Assembly (NCBI GenBank): GCA_963664115.2
Contig: CAXWPJ010000002.1
Span: 384,001-448,000, forward strand
Direction: 5' to 3'
Origin: Terriglobia bacterium
Lineage (GTDB): Bacteria; Acidobacteriota; Terriglobia; 20CM-2-55-15
DNA: 64,000 bases
The notes below the pieces were generated by a model, which searched no databases, was not told the DNA's origin, and saw only the letters and a list, made by a program, of their open reading frames with translations. A program made the position numbers and the translations under genes. Positions 48,625-59,121 of this stretch are shown here, piece after piece. Position 1 is the stretch's first letter. Each line of letters starts with the position of its first letter.

Positions 48625-48716
48625 GAAACCCTCTCCTACATCTGGAATTTCCGCGTGTCCCAGGGCCCAACCAGATCCTAATGAGTGCACCAATTCTTGT
48701 GCTACGATACCACACA

Positions 48717-49790
48717 ATGTTCCCGACATTTAGACGCCTGAAGCGCGGTTCTGTGAGCGGCCTGGCCGCTGGCGTCGTGAGCATCTTGGCCGCTGGCGCA
48801 ATAGGCATTTCAACAACCGGCGCCTATGCCCAGGACTTCACCTTGAGCGTCGACGTCCCTGTCGTCAGCCTCGATGTCTCAGTCACCGACGAGAATGGAC
48901 AACCTGTAGACGGCCTGAGGGCCGAAGACTTCGAGATTCTGGAGAACGGAGAGCGACAACAAGTCCGCTACTTCGGCTCGAGCACTGCGCCATATCACGT
49001 ATACCTGCTCTTCGACAGCTCTGGCAGCACGCGGCATAAGTGGGATTTCATGCGCCGTGCGGCTGCGGGATTCGTTGAATTCATCAAGCCGCAGGACCGT
49101 GTTTCGGTTGGCATTTTTGACGCCCGCTTGAAGACTCTTACGGATTGGGATGATTCAAGAGAAGATACCCTGGCTGCCCTGAACCCCATCACGAGCGGGT
49201 GGAGGTCAGGAGGCACAACAGAATTTTATCGGTCCCTCGAACGCGCGATCGAACGCTCCTTCGACCGTATCCGGGAACGCCGCGCAATCATCGTTTTGAC
49301 CGACGGCAGAGACACCTCACTCTACAGGGAAATTATTCGACACAATCGCGTGATGCGGCCTGAAGAGGACAAACGATTCAATGACCTGTACCAGGCAGCG
49401 GCAGAGGGAGGCATCCCCGTCTACTTGATCGCGGTCAACACGGACCTCAATCTCGACGGAAACACCGAGGGCGCGGACGAGCACCGGAACCTTAAGATTA
49501 TTTATGGAGAATCTCCCGTCCCGAAGCAGTACCTGGAGCAGGTGCGCATTCGCATGGGACGGGTTGCTGAGATTTCCGGGGGGCAGATTCTATATCCGAA
49601 AACGCTGGACGATGTCGTCCCTCTGTTTGAACAGATCGGACAGACCTTGGGCCACAGCTACAGTATTGGATATGTCCCGGAAATCGAAGGACCGGACACT
49701 GTGCTGCGACGCATCGTCGTCAAAACCGGAAACGATGCGCACTCTGTCCGGCAATCTCGCGCCGGGTACTACGTCACAGCCCCACAGTAA
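48717..49790 (+). CDS. VWA domain-containing exported protein (Acidobacteria-type)
   Basis: V.V.V.V.D..G..V.GL..EDF.I.ENG, DSSGS MIDAS, GGT, LTDG.D, Y.IGY.P. Confidence 0.88.
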   Translation: MFPTFRRLKRGSVSGLAAGVVSILAAGAIGISTTGAYAQDFTLSVDVPVVSLDVSVTDENGQPVDGLRAEDFEILENGERQQVRYFGSSTAPYHVYLLFDSSGSTRHKWDFMRRAAAGFVEFIKPQDRVSVGIFDARLKTLTDWDDSREDTLAALNPITSGWRSGGTTEFYRSLERAIERSFDRIRERRAIIVLTDGRDTSLYREIIRHNRVMRPEEDKRFNDLYQAAAEGGIPVYLIAVNTDLNLDGNTEGADEHRNLKIIYGESPVPKQYLEQVRIRMGRVAEISGGQILYPKTLDDVVPLFEQIGQTLGHSYSIGYVPEIEGPDTVLRRIVVKTGNDAHSVRQSRAGYYVTAPQ

Positions 49791-49793
49791 TGT

Positions 49794-49854
49794 GGACGGA
49801 CACTTCATGCGACATTGTGGCTAACGAATGTAATTCGGCTGAAGTGTCCGTGCC
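49794..49854. repeat. Inverted repeat/hairpin after the VWA gene
   Basis: Perfect 12-bp IR ACGGACACTTCA (49796-49807) / TGAAGTGTCCGT (49840-49851). Confidence 0.7.
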
Positions 49855-50141
49855 TTTCCGTGCTATCGGATTTCGCTCGGTCGTTCATTCAGATGACCAT
49901 CTCTGTCGCGTTCCACGCGTGGTCTGAACGCCCGGCGACCCTCGCCATCATCCTGATAGTGAGGCCTATTGGAAATTTCGGAATGTTGAGGTCCGTCTTA
50001 GAACAACCGGCACCGGTCCGACGGTGCGGGTGGACCGCCTTCAAATCAATGACGCGGTAGCCGAGGCGTCCAGAGTAAGATATTGATCGAATCGGACATC
50101 GACGAAATTACTAAGCACCGAGCTTCCGACCGAAGCCGCTA
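49841..50141. mobile_element. Non-coding ~300-bp element, diverged copy B of 23064-23383
   Basis: Shared blocks GATTTCGCTCGGTCGTTCA, TCTCTGTCGCGT, GCGACCCTC.CCATCATCCTGAT, AATGTTGA, AGCCGAGGCGT.CAG.GTAA, ATCG.ATCGGACA in the same order and similar spacing; ends approximate. Confidence 0.75.
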
Positions 50142-50151
50142 ACATCAAGAA

Positions 50152-50195
50152 GGCAAAAACAAACGGGGAGCGAACCGATCGGTTCACTCCCCGTT
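50152..50195 (-). terminator. Rho-independent terminator of the OmpA-like gene
   Basis: AACGGGGAG.GAACC/GGTTC.CTCCCCGTT stem followed by a T-tract on the minus strand. Confidence 0.75.
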
Positions 50196-50221
50196 GTACA
50201 ACCAAACTCCCGTTGACTATC

Positions 50222-50929
50222 TCAGTCGGCAGCCCGAAGCAACCGGACTTCAACACGCCGATTCTGCTCGCGGCCTTCCCGCGAGTCATTCCCCGCTGTC
50301 GGGTTCGCTTCGCCGAGCCCGACCATTTCGATGCGGAACAACGGAACGTTCTGACTAACCAGGTAGCGCTGCACTGCACTGGCCCGCCTCTCGCTCAGAG
50401 CGATGTTGTACCCATCGTCGCCTGTGGCATCGGTGTAACCCTGGACTTCGAGGAAATCCCCAGCCTGAACCTGACCCGCGATGCGGCCCACAGTCGCCAT
50501 GCCGTCATCCGACAGAGCGGCACTTTCCAGCGCAAACATCACCGAAACCGTCTGCGCAACCGAATAATTGTTGTGCGCATCGAATCGGCTTTGGAGCGCA
50601 CCCACCAGGTTTGTCGCCTGATCGGCGCTCTGCTGGGCGGCCTCGGCCATTCGGTCCGCGTCCGCGGCTGCGGCGTCAGCTGCATCCGCACTGGCCTGGG
50701 CGGCCTGGGCGGCGTCGTTTGCCCCAGCGATGCCCTGTTGCGCACGGTTGTCTACAGCATCAATCCTCTCGGCATGCTCCTCGGTCGTGGACTCCAACTC
50801 AGCAACGCGCGCCTGAACAGGCGCTATCTGCTGATCAACATATCCTCGAGTCGCACAACCCGACAGGGTCACAACTCCGGCCAGCATGAAGATTCCCAAA
50901 ATTGAGAAACGTCGATTTGAACTACGCAT
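50222..50929 (-). CDS. OmpA-family lipoprotein with an alanine-zipper coiled coil
   Basis: Lipobox LSGC; Ala-rich stalk; GYTD..G...YNIALSERRA; NRRVE. Confidence 0.92.
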   Translation of the reverse strand: MRSSNRRFSILGIFMLAGVVTLSGCATRGYVDQQIAPVQARVAELESTTEEHAERIDAVDNRAQQGIAGANDAAQAAQASADAADAAAADADRMAEAAQQSADQATNLVGALQSRFDAHNNYSVAQTVSVMFALESAALSDDGMATVGRIAGQVQAGDFLEVQGYTDATGDDGYNIALSERRASAVQRYLVSQNVPLFRIEMVGLGEANPTAGNDSREGREQNRRVEVRLLRAAD

Positions 50930-51183
50930 TACCTCCCCCTTCTGAATTCGATTGATTTAGCTGCTCGTTTATCCAAGGGCATTCATTAGGAGTTCGAACC
51001 GAGACATTGCTCGGAATCGGGTCCCTCGTTCTGCACTAGACAACGTAATCTCCACAGTCCGGCATCCCGGTTCCGTGACGCCCGTAAGAGCAGCCTATTC
51101 TAGTAAACTTGACGGCTCCGGGTATATAAGAAATCGCCAGTAACTCCTTATCCCTTCAATTTATACCCCGGCCAGCCCTCAAA

Positions 51184-51465
51184 TCAGCGGCCCCGGTTCA
51201 CGGCCTTTTTCAAACCCGCACCCGGTGAAAATTTGGCGACCTTTCGTGCTGGGATCTTCAGGCTGGCACCTGTCTGCGGGTTGCGTCCTGTTCGAGCGTT
51301 CCTCTTCCCAACCGAAAAAGTGCCAAAACCGACAAGGGTTACCTTGCCGCCTTTTTTGAGCGCACCTTGAATCCCGTTCAGAGCCGAATTCAGAGCGTTT
51401 GTGGCCTGCGTTTTCGACAATTTCGCATCTTTAGCTATGCGTTCGACCAACTCACCCTTGTTCAT
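51184..51465 (-). CDS. hup: DNA-binding protein HU
   Basis: MNKGEL, GFGTF, RTGRNPQTG; AGGAGG SD. Confidence 0.95.
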   Translation of the reverse strand: MNKGELVERIAKDAKLSKTQATNALNSALNGIQGALKKGGKVTLVGFGTFSVGKRNARTGRNPQTGASLKIPARKVAKFSPGAGLKKAVNRGR

Positions 51466-51733
51466 GGCAGCCTCCTGAAGAGCGTCTTGAATTCGTAGCC
51501 TCCGGGCTACGCCAACGGGCCGCCTTATGTCCCAACGGCACCGGGCGCGTTTTACCATAGGGTGTATGGCATGTCAAGGAAGACAACCCCGTCCCGATTA
51601 GCTGGAGAACTGCTTGTAACGATAGGACAAACCATGGCTCGGAACCGAGTAATAACGCTGGGCCCACGTCTCCTGTAATCCCCCGATGCAGGAAATTCCA
51701 GACAAGAGTCGGGCGGCCGGCCCGATGACAGTC

Positions 51734-51793
51734 CGTTTGGCATTGCGGTTGGCACTACGGTTGGCACTACGGTTGGCACTACGGTTGGCATGT
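51734..51793. repeat. 12-bp tandem repeat (CGGTTGGCACTA x3 plus two degenerate flanking units)
   Basis: Read directly; ends 13 bp before the dehydrogenase ATG. Confidence 0.9.
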
Positions 51794-51806
51794 TACAGTG
51801 AGGCCA

Positions 51807-52811
51807 ATGCGCCACACGATCACCTTGTTCCCGGGAGATGGCATCGGCCCGGAGGTATGCTCAGCCGTTGTCCGCATCATCGAAGCCACGGGCGTCGCCG
51901 TCACGTGGGAAGAACACGTTGTCGGCGCCGGGGCCCTGGCTACCGGAGGGACGACTCTGTCCAAGGACGCCCTCAATTCGGTCCGGCGAAACAAGGTGGC
52001 TTTGAAAGGACCCGTCGCCACCCCGATCGGCACAGGGTTCGAGAGCGTCAATGTCAGGCTCCGCAGGACACTCGAACTTTACGCCAACCTGCGTCCCGTA
52101 CGAAGCCTTCCAGGAGTCAGGTCCCGATACGGTGACATCGATCTGGTAATCGTTCGTGAAAACACGGAGGGCTTGTATTCAGGTCTGGAACACGAGGTCG
52201 TTCCAGGTGTTATCGAATCCCTCAAGATCATCACCGAATACGCGTCCACCCGGATCGCTGCATTCGCCTTCGACTACGCACAACGCAACGATCGAAAGAA
52301 AGTTACGGTAGTTCACAAGGCAAATATCATGAAGAAATCCGACGGACTCTTCAGGGAATGCTTCCGAAAGGTCGGCAGCTACTATCCCGATATCGAGCAG
52401 GACGAAAAAATCGTCGACAATACTGCCATGCAACTGGTTCTGAATCCGAACCAATTTGATGTCCTGGTGATGGAAAATCTGTACGGAGACATTCTTTCCG
52501 ATTTAGCCGCGGGCCTGGCCGGGGGTCTGGGCGTCGTTCCCGGATCGAACATCGGCGACAAGACGGCTGTCTTTGAAGCCGTACATGGAAGCGCTCCCGA
52601 CATCGCTGGAAAGAACCTGGCCAATCCGACAGCCCTGCTACGATCCGCCCTGCTGATGCTGGATTATATCGGTGAAGCCGATGCTGCCCAGCGAATCCAG
52701 ACCGCACTGGAAGCTGTTCTGGTCGAAGGAAAGGTCCGGACCGGCGACCTCGGCGGCAGCGCTTCTACCGATGAGTTCACCAACGCCATCATCGCCGCAC
52801 TTCCAGACTGA
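51807..52811 (+). CDS. NAD-dependent isocitrate/isopropylmalate dehydrogenase family protein
   Basis: [51 protein letters not shown]. Confidence 0.93.
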   Translation: MRHTITLFPGDGIGPEVCSAVVRIIEATGVAVTWEEHVVGAGALATGGTTLSKDALNSVRRNKVALKGPVATPIGTGFESVNVRLRRTLELYANLRPVRSLPGVRSRYGDIDLVIVRENTEGLYSGLEHEVVPGVIESLKIITEYASTRIAAFAFDYAQRNDRKKVTVVHKANIMKKSDGLFRECFRKVGSYYPDIEQDEKIVDNTAMQLVLNPNQFDVLVMENLYGDILSDLAAGLAGGLGVVPGSNIGDKTAVFEAVHGSAPDIAGKNLANPTALLRSALLMLDYIGEADAAQRIQTALEAVLVEGKVRTGDLGGSASTDEFTNAIIAALPD

Positions 52812-52824
52812 AAAGAAGTCTCGG

Positions 52825-52950
52825 CACAGAATCACAGAGTAAATCACCGGACAAACCGCAAAGACGCTAAGACGCAAAGGTATTTGGTCCAACTCCCTAA
52901 AGATCTCCTTTGCGCCTTTGCTGTGAAAATTCTTCTCTGTTTCTCTGGGG
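52825..52950. repeat. Nested palindrome built from ~9-bp periodic units
   Basis: CACAGAATCACAGAG..CTCTGTTTCTCTG enclosing CGCAAAGACGCTAAGACGCAAAGG..CCTTTGCGCCTTTGC. Confidence 0.65.
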
Positions 52951-52960
52951 TTGATCCCTG

Positions 52961-53692
52961 CTACAGAACGTGGCGGCCGCCATCGACGTGAAGGACTTCG
53001 CCGGTGATGTAGTCGTTTTCGATCAGAAATACGACGGCACGAACGACGTCTTCCGGATTCCCGGCGCGTTTCAGTAGTGTGCGATCGATCGCCAGTTGTT
53101 TCTGCTCTGGGGTGTAGGAGTCGGGAAACTGAACGGGTCCGGGAGCTACGGCGTTGACCTGCACCTCGGGCGCCAGCGCTTTTGCCAAGCCCTGGGTCAC
53201 TCCCAGCAAGGCCGCCTTCGACACACTGTAGGATAAATAGCCCGTCCAGATCTTTTCGCCCGCAGGATCCGCAACGTTCAGTATTTTTCCTCTTCCGGAT
53301 TCGCGCATCATAACTGCGCAGGATTGGGCGAGAAAGAACGGAGCTCGAGCATTTGCGTCCATCTGTTGATCCCACATCGCCGGTGTGCTTTCTTCGAGAG
53401 TCCCGGGGGCAAACTCCGAAGCATTGTTAACCAATATATCAACGGTCTCGAAGCGGGACCGGATTGCCCCGATCAGACTATCCCGGGATGAATCGTTTGC
53501 CAGGTCGGCCTGAAACATCTCACCGTCGGCTCCCAGCTCTCGCACCATCCTGAGAGTCTGGGCCGCATCCTCTTCGGACGACCGGTAATGGATGGCAAGT
53601 CGGGCACCCCGCCGGGCGAGTTCGACTGCGATGGCCCGGCCAATCCGTCGTGCGGAACCTGTCACCAGTGCAATGGAGTCGGATATCTGCAT
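52961..53692 (-). CDS. Short-chain dehydrogenase, pteridine reductase/FolM-like
   Basis: VTGSARRIG, IHYR.S, NNAS, YSVSK, VNAVAPG, VDGG. Confidence 0.85.
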   Translation of the reverse strand: MQISDSIALVTGSARRIGRAIAVELARRGARLAIHYRSSEEDAAQTLRMVRELGADGEMFQADLANDSSRDSLIGAIRSRFETVDILVNNASEFAPGTLEESTPAMWDQQMDANARAPFFLAQSCAVMMRESGRGKILNVADPAGEKIWTGYLSYSVSKAALLGVTQGLAKALAPEVQVNAVAPGPVQFPDSYTPEQKQLAIDRTLLKRAGNPEDVVRAVVFLIENDYITGEVLHVDGGRHVL

Positions 53693-53935
53693 TGTTAGAA
53701 AAGCGTCAAATTAAAACATACACTACGCTTCGCATGAAAGCAGTCGTGTTCCACCAGGACGACGAACCTGAGGAGTTAAAAACGGTGCAGCTGGATCTCT
53801 TCTGGTCGTTCCGATCTGGGTATATTTTTCGACCGCGATCCTTCTGTTAGGTGCTGATTTCACGCATGTCTATGCCGAACGCTACGGCCATAGCGTAATT
53901 CCGAAGGCCAACGCTATCCGGATCGACTGAGGAAG

Positions 53936-54889
53936 TTACGGGTTAAACGGGTTGGGTCCACGGCTCGAAAAAGGTGAAGACTCTTCTCCCGGGAATCCGG
54001 AAGTCTGAGGGGGAACCTGACCCGGAACAGATGTCGCTGCCGGGATCGTGCCGAATCCGGGAATCGCAATGAATTCCCATTCGCTGTACGTCGCGCGCTG
54101 GTTGTAGACCTTCAAGGAGGGGCTTTCGTTCGTGGGCGCAACACCCACAAGACCTCCACTGGCGAGAGGCTGGGACGCCCCCGCACCGCCGCCGCTCTGT
54201 TCGGGCCGCTGCCCCTGCCCTGTTCCCGGCTGAGTTTGTCCCGGAGGCCCCCCCCCACCTCGACCGACCTGACCGGCCTGTCCGAAGCCACCGGGAGCTG
54301 GGAACCCACCTCCAATGGGTGCGATCGCCTGGCCAAGGTTTGTCTGACCACCACCGGGTGGGCCGAATCCCTGTTGCTGTCCGAATCCAGAGCCGCCTTG
54401 AACACCATCACCACCGCCCCCGACACCCGCGCCACGGCCATTGTCTCCGGCATTGCCTCCTGTCTGAGAGGCACCACCAGCACCGAAGATTGGTGGCGTC
54501 CCTCCCTGAAAAAGTTCCGGATTGGCCCCTGGCTGCAACAATGTGGAACCATTGATCGAGCCGTCAGGGTTGACAGTGAGTAATCGAAAACTTTCTCCTG
54601 TGATGGGGTCGGTATAGGCGCGCCGCAAATATCGAATCCCGTTCGTTTCGATCAGAGCATCAAGGCTGGGAGGGTAAATTCCGATCTGGCGTTGGTACTT
54701 TTGAATCGCACGCACGTACTCCTGCCCTCGAAATATCAATTCTTCCTCGAGTTCCCTCTGCGCCTGGACGCGATAGACAGGCACAGACGCGGCAAGCACT
54801 ATGGACAATGCAGTGACGAAGATGATCAACGCCGCAAGCGCAAACCCTCTTTCATCTCTACGGGGCCAGTGCATTGGACGCGCTTTCAT
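53936..54889 (-). CDS. Pseudopilin-like protein lacking Glu5, with a Gly/Gln-rich linker
   Basis: RG|FALAALII prepilin site; EEELIFRG..Y..AI, YLRR.Y.DP.T, Y.EWEF. Confidence 0.8.
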   Translation of the reverse strand: MKARPMHWPRRDERGFALAALIIFVTALSIVLAASVPVYRVQAQRELEEELIFRGQEYVRAIQKYQRQIGIYPPSLDALIETNGIRYLRRAYTDPITGESFRLLTVNPDGSINGSTLLQPGANPELFQGGTPPIFGAGGASQTGGNAGDNGRGAGVGGGGDGVQGGSGFGQQQGFGPPGGGQTNLGQAIAPIGGGFPAPGGFGQAGQVGRGGGGPPGQTQPGTGQGQRPEQSGGGAGASQPLASGGLVGVAPTNESPSLKVYNQRATYSEWEFIAIPGFGTIPAATSVPGQVPPQTSGFPGEESSPFSSRGPNPFNP

Positions 54890-55461
54890 TGGGTGATTAA
54901 GGGAAGACGCTGACGGCGTCCGAACTCGAGATCTTCGACCTCGACAAACTCTTCCGTGATCGTGTTGATTCGATATCGCCCCATTACGACATCCTGGGCG
55001 GAAACAACAAATGATCTCTCAGAGTCGAACAAGAGGGCCGTTATTTCACTATTCAGATCTACAAAGGCGTAGCCGTTGTACCGGAATGGAATTGGGGGCG
55101 GTGGAGGTGTGGATGGAGGCGCGACAACGGCAGTAGCTTGGGTGGAATCTCCAGGCTCAGGCGTTAATGCCAAGGGTACATCTGAGGGAGAGGCCTGCGG
55201 TGCGGGCTCGGAACCATACTGAAAAGGGTTTCTCCCGGGTCCATCGTCAAGAACGGACACCTCATTCAAGCGATCGGCTGCCATGCCTTCTGTCGCCAGA
55301 GCATCAACCCTGCCAGGCCCTGATACGGTTGCGGCATCAATAACGCTTGCGGGTGCGGATGACCTCCCAGGGTAGAACTGGCTCCCCACCCAGACAGTGG
55401 CCGCCAGGACGACCAGCAGGATGAACAAGATCTTGAAACGTTGGCGGTCGTTAGGATCCAT
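54886..55461 (-). CDS. Pilus/T2SS accessory protein (PilP-like position)
   Basis: N-terminal TM, GRNPF, poly-Pro, F.Y.G, RYRI; coupled to its neighbours. Confidence 0.6.
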   Translation of the reverse strand: MDPNDRQRFKILFILLVVLAATVWVGSQFYPGRSSAPASVIDAATVSGPGRVDALATEGMAADRLNEVSVLDDGPGRNPFQYGSEPAPQASPSDVPLALTPEPGDSTQATAVVAPPSTPPPPPIPFRYNGYAFVDLNSEITALLFDSERSFVVSAQDVVMGRYRINTITEEFVEVEDLEFGRRQRLPLITQ

Positions 55462-56017
55462 AGGAAAAGAACGTCGTTAGATTGAGCGACAGATCGAGGT
55501 CATCGGGTCCAGCCGCTTGAGAAACATTCAGGCCGATGGAATCCAAAATAAAGACTCTATCGAATCCTTCCAGCTCCCGGATGAACCGGGTGACCGCTTC
55601 GTACGGGCCCTGAACAGGAATGTTGATCCTCACCGAGTAAACTCCAAACTCGGGAACAGGGTCCAGATCGTATTGCACCTGATTGCGGCGAATCCCAGCG
55701 ATCTGGGCCAATTGCTCCAGATCGGGCAGGACAGCAGCAAACCCTTCGTCCCGAGGCACTGTCCTTGCTGCCAGGAATCGAAGGCGTTCCCTCCGGGAAC
55801 TATCCAACTGGCTCTCGGCATCCTGAAGGCTTTCCAGTCTCTCGACCCGATCAACACTCTCCTGTCGCAGCCGTTCGATGGAACCTTCCAGGCTCAGATA
55901 GTCGGCCCGAACAGGAAGAAACAGGATCAAAAAAGACAGGATTGAAACGGCGCCGAATATAGCGACGACACTGCCAAATACATATTGTTGTTTCTTCCGC
56001 CTGTATGTCCGGTTCAT
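55451..56017 (-). CDS. pilO: PilO/GspM-like protein
   Basis: TM plus coiled coil; V.G.Y..V.RFI..LE...R.F.LD. Confidence 0.75.
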   Translation of the reverse strand: MNRTYRRKKQQYVFGSVVAIFGAVSILSFLILFLPVRADYLSLEGSIERLRQESVDRVERLESLQDAESQLDSSRRERLRFLAARTVPRDEGFAAVLPDLEQLAQIAGIRRNQVQYDLDPVPEFGVYSVRINIPVQGPYEAVTRFIRELEGFDRVFILDSIGLNVSQAAGPDDLDLSLNLTTFFSYGS

Positions 56018-56595
56018 TCGGCCACACTCGCCCCAGGCATGTACTGGACCGTCATCGTCAGTTGAATCTCCGAAAGTCCATCAGCACCACCGCGCGCTTC
56101 GCTCGACACCGCAACATCCCGGAAAGTGTCAGTGCCTTCCAGGTCTCGAATGAACTGACTCAGTGCATCAATGGTTTGACCTCTCGCTTCCAGACGCACC
56201 AACACCTCTCCAGATTCGCCGATCGCTGGCTCGAGCGCCACCAGATAGACAGCCCGCGGTATGACTCGTTCGATCTCCTTCAGCAGGAGCGACCAGGAAA
56301 ACCGTTGTCGCTCTATAACCGCGTTCAGGAACCGGACCTCATCGATTTCGGCCAGCGCCTCCGGCCGCCTGAGGCGTCCGTCAATATCTTCAATCTGATC
56401 CCCGAGCGACTCCCACTCGACCCGCACTTCCTGTTCGATCGCAGCTAACCCTCGGACTTCTTCGACATACCCACGCAAGCTGAGCATCTGCCATGCGGAA
56501 AACGCCAAGGTCAGCACGACAACTCCACTGAGCAGAATGTTGGCTGTCCTGTAGTGGGGGAACGGGGTTTTCGAAAGGTTCAGATGATATTTCAT
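56014..56595 (-). CDS. pilN: PilN-like protein
   Basis: LNLS.TP, TM, FSWS.LL..IE...P..V.L, FI..LE...F. Confidence 0.78.
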   Translation of the reverse strand: MKYHLNLSKTPFPHYRTANILLSGVVVLTLAFSAWQMLSLRGYVEEVRGLAAIEQEVRVEWESLGDQIEDIDGRLRRPEALAEIDEVRFLNAVIERQRFSWSLLLKEIERVIPRAVYLVALEPAIGESGEVLVRLEARGQTIDALSQFIRDLEGTDTFRDVAVSSEARGGADGLSEIQLTMTVQYMPGASVAE

Positions 56596-57470
56596 GACGA
56601 CAACTGAAGGACGCCGAGCGCAGCTTTATACACATCTCCCAGTTCGGACGAATGAAGTCGCTTAATCTGAACGCCGATACGTCCGGCCATTTCTTCCTCT
56701 TCTGATTCTACAATTCCTTCTCCGCAGATGAGGGCCTGACCCAGCCCGCTGCCTCCGAGTCTGTCCTGGTAGTACATCAGCGTCGGGTAAACGGCGGCAT
56801 AGAGCGGTCCAAGTGCCACTTTCCTGTAAAAGCGAAGCGTCCCACCCATCACGATCGATGTCGTCACTGACGTTGGATTCTTCTTAACGAACAAGACATC
56901 ACCGTTAACATCCCCCAGCAGGTTGAGCGAAGCCATCGTGGACGGGCCGAGGACTCCGGCATGCAATCCCAGTGATTCGACCGCTTCCTGATACTGCTCG
57001 GCTATAAGCTTTCGCGACATCGCAACGAGCAAAGCTACGCTCCCGTTCTGTCTGAGGATCTGATACGCGACCTGGGCAGAATCGACATCGAAAGGCACGT
57101 TCTTTTTCAACTTCCATCGGATGATCGCGCGGCGTTCGGCGTCTGCGTCCGGGAGGGAATCGACGTTGAGGAATGCGACTCGCACGGCCTCGTCCGGAAT
57201 CACAAGGCACAACTCGGAACCCGAAAAGCTGGCTCCGTCGAGCGCTGTCTTGACCGCATCGCGAACCGCCCCGGTATCGATGATATTCGGCTCTCTGAGA
57301 TCCCCTATAAGGGCTCCCACACCAAGTGGCGCCACCGCGCGGGAGACTATCGTCCGGCGATCCGGCGATGCCTGAATCGCGACAACATGGCTCGTCGTGA
57401 GTTCCACCGCCCATAGAGGCACGTCAGGATCGAACAGACCCACGACGCCTGAAAGGAAACCTCTCGTCAA
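56592..57470 (-). CDS. pilM: PilM-like protein
   Basis: VIPD.AVRV, IRWKLKK.VPF; operon position between the ATPase and pilN. Confidence 0.75.
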   Translation of the reverse strand: MTRGFLSGVVGLFDPDVPLWAVELTTSHVVAIQASPDRRTIVSRAVAPLGVGALIGDLREPNIIDTGAVRDAVKTALDGASFSGSELCLVIPDEAVRVAFLNVDSLPDADAERRAIIRWKLKKNVPFDVDSAQVAYQILRQNGSVALLVAMSRKLIAEQYQEAVESLGLHAGVLGPSTMASLNLLGDVNGDVLFVKKNPTSVTTSIVMGGTLRFYRKVALGPLYAAVYPTLMYYQDRLGGSGLGQALICGEGIVESEEEEMAGRIGVQIKRLHSSELGDVYKAALGVLQLSS

Positions 57471-59092
57471 ATGAAAGTCACCTTGTTGATCTCCTTGAGA
57501 GTCGTCACACCTGCCAGAACCTTCGACAGAGCGGACTCCCTCAGGGAGATCATTCCCTGATCGTGCGCTGCCCGTTTGATCTCGGCAGTCGGTCTTCGAT
57601 CAACGATCATTTCTCGAATCGTGTCGGACAGGTCCAATAACTCGTATATCGCTGTGCGGCCCCGGTATCCCGTCCCGTTGCATTCCAGGCAGCCTTCGGC
57701 TTCATAAAAGTCGGTTGTCGCATATTGATCGACGCTCAGGTTGGAATCCAGCAGCGTCTCGGCGGAATAGCGTACGGCTTTCTTACAATTCGCGCAGATC
57801 ACCCGGATCAGGCGCTGAGCCAGAATGCAGTTGAGTGCAGAAACAAAATTGTATGGATCCACGCCCATGTTCAGAAAGCGTCCCAGAACGTCAACGACGT
57901 TATTGGCGTGTACAGTGGTGAAGACCAGATGTCCGGTCAGCGCTGATTGGATCGCAATCTGGGCGGTCTCCATGTCACGGATCTCTCCGACCATCACCTT
58001 GTCGGGATCGTGGCGCAGGATGGAACGCAATCCGCGTGAAAACGTGAGACCTTTCTTTTCATTCACAGGAATCTGAGTGATCCCGTTGATTTCATATTCA
58101 ACAGGGTCTTCGATCGTGATGATTTTATCTTCGTCGTTGCGTATCTCCATCAAAGCGGCGTAGAGCGTCGTCGTCTTGCCGCTACCTGTAGGTCCTGTAA
58201 CGAGAACCATGCCGTAGGGCTCGTTGATGTAACGACGGAACTGACACATCTCTTCTTCGGCAAAGCCCACGACATCCAGGCTCAGTGTTCGGAACTCCTC
58301 GTTGATCGATTCCTTGTCGAGAATCCGGATTACCGCGTCCTCGCCGTGAATCGAGGGCATGATCGAGACGCGAAAGTCTATCGACCGTCCCTTGTAGCGG
58401 GTCTTGAACCGACCGTCCTGCGGCACACGTTTTTCAGAAATATCCAGTTCCGACATCACCTTGATACGGGAAATAATCGTCTGGTGATGTTCCTTGTCGA
58501 TGGGGTCCATCGCGAAGCCCAGATTACCGTCGACGCGATACTTGACCACGACTTCCGACGCCCGGGTTTCGATATGAATATCACTCGCTCGACGTCCCAG
58601 AGCTGTGAAGATAATCGTATCGACCAGGCGGATAATCGGACTGGACTCTCCCTGAGTGAGGCTCTCTATCGTCATCGTCTGATCCGCACCATCGTCATCA
58701 CGGATCAGATCGAGCCTGAAGCCCTCAGTCGCTTCGTCGAGCACCCGCTGCGTGGACTCCGATTTCTTGAGGAGTTCGCTGATTTCAGACTGCGCCGCGA
58801 CCTTTATGACAAGGGGCTTGTCGAGAAGCGAAGTAAGCTCGTCCACTTCGACAAGATCACTGGGATCGGCCATGGCAATAACGAGGGAAGCCCCCTCCAT
58901 GGAGAGCGGTACAAAGTTGTAGCGGAACATCAGATCGACGGGCGTCGAGCGCAGCAACTCCACATCCAGGTGAGCGTCTTCAAGATCGACGAATTCGTAT
59001 CGGTAACGCTCGGCAAGGGCTCGCGCCTGTTCAGGCCCACTCTCTTCCCTGCTGGAACTATCGACAGGAACGACGGATTCTTTGTCTTGCAT
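57467..59092 (-). CDS. pilB: GspE/PilB-family assembly ATPase
   Basis: ASDIH, PQDGR, GPTGSGKTTT, TIEDPVE, LRHDPD, GEIRD, tetracysteine motif. Confidence 0.92.
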   Translation of the reverse strand: MQDKESVVPVDSSSREESGPEQARALAERYRYEFVDLEDAHLDVELLRSTPVDLMFRYNFVPLSMEGASLVIAMADPSDLVEVDELTSLLDKPLVIKVAAQSEISELLKKSESTQRVLDEATEGFRLDLIRDDDGADQTMTIESLTQGESSPIIRLVDTIIFTALGRRASDIHIETRASEVVVKYRVDGNLGFAMDPIDKEHHQTIISRIKVMSELDISEKRVPQDGRFKTRYKGRSIDFRVSIMPSIHGEDAVIRILDKESINEEFRTLSLDVVGFAEEEMCQFRRYINEPYGMVLVTGPTGSGKTTTLYAALMEIRNDEDKIITIEDPVEYEINGITQIPVNEKKGLTFSRGLRSILRHDPDKVMVGEIRDMETAQIAIQSALTGHLVFTTVHANNVVDVLGRFLNMGVDPYNFVSALNCILAQRLIRVICANCKKAVRYSAETLLDSNLSVDQYATTDFYEAEGCLECNGTGYRGRTAIYELLDLSDTIREMIVDRRPTAEIKRAAHDQGMISLRESALSKVLAGVTTLKEINKVTFI

Positions 59093-59121
59093 GACGCCTT
59101 ATCCGAAAGAGGGGCCCATGG

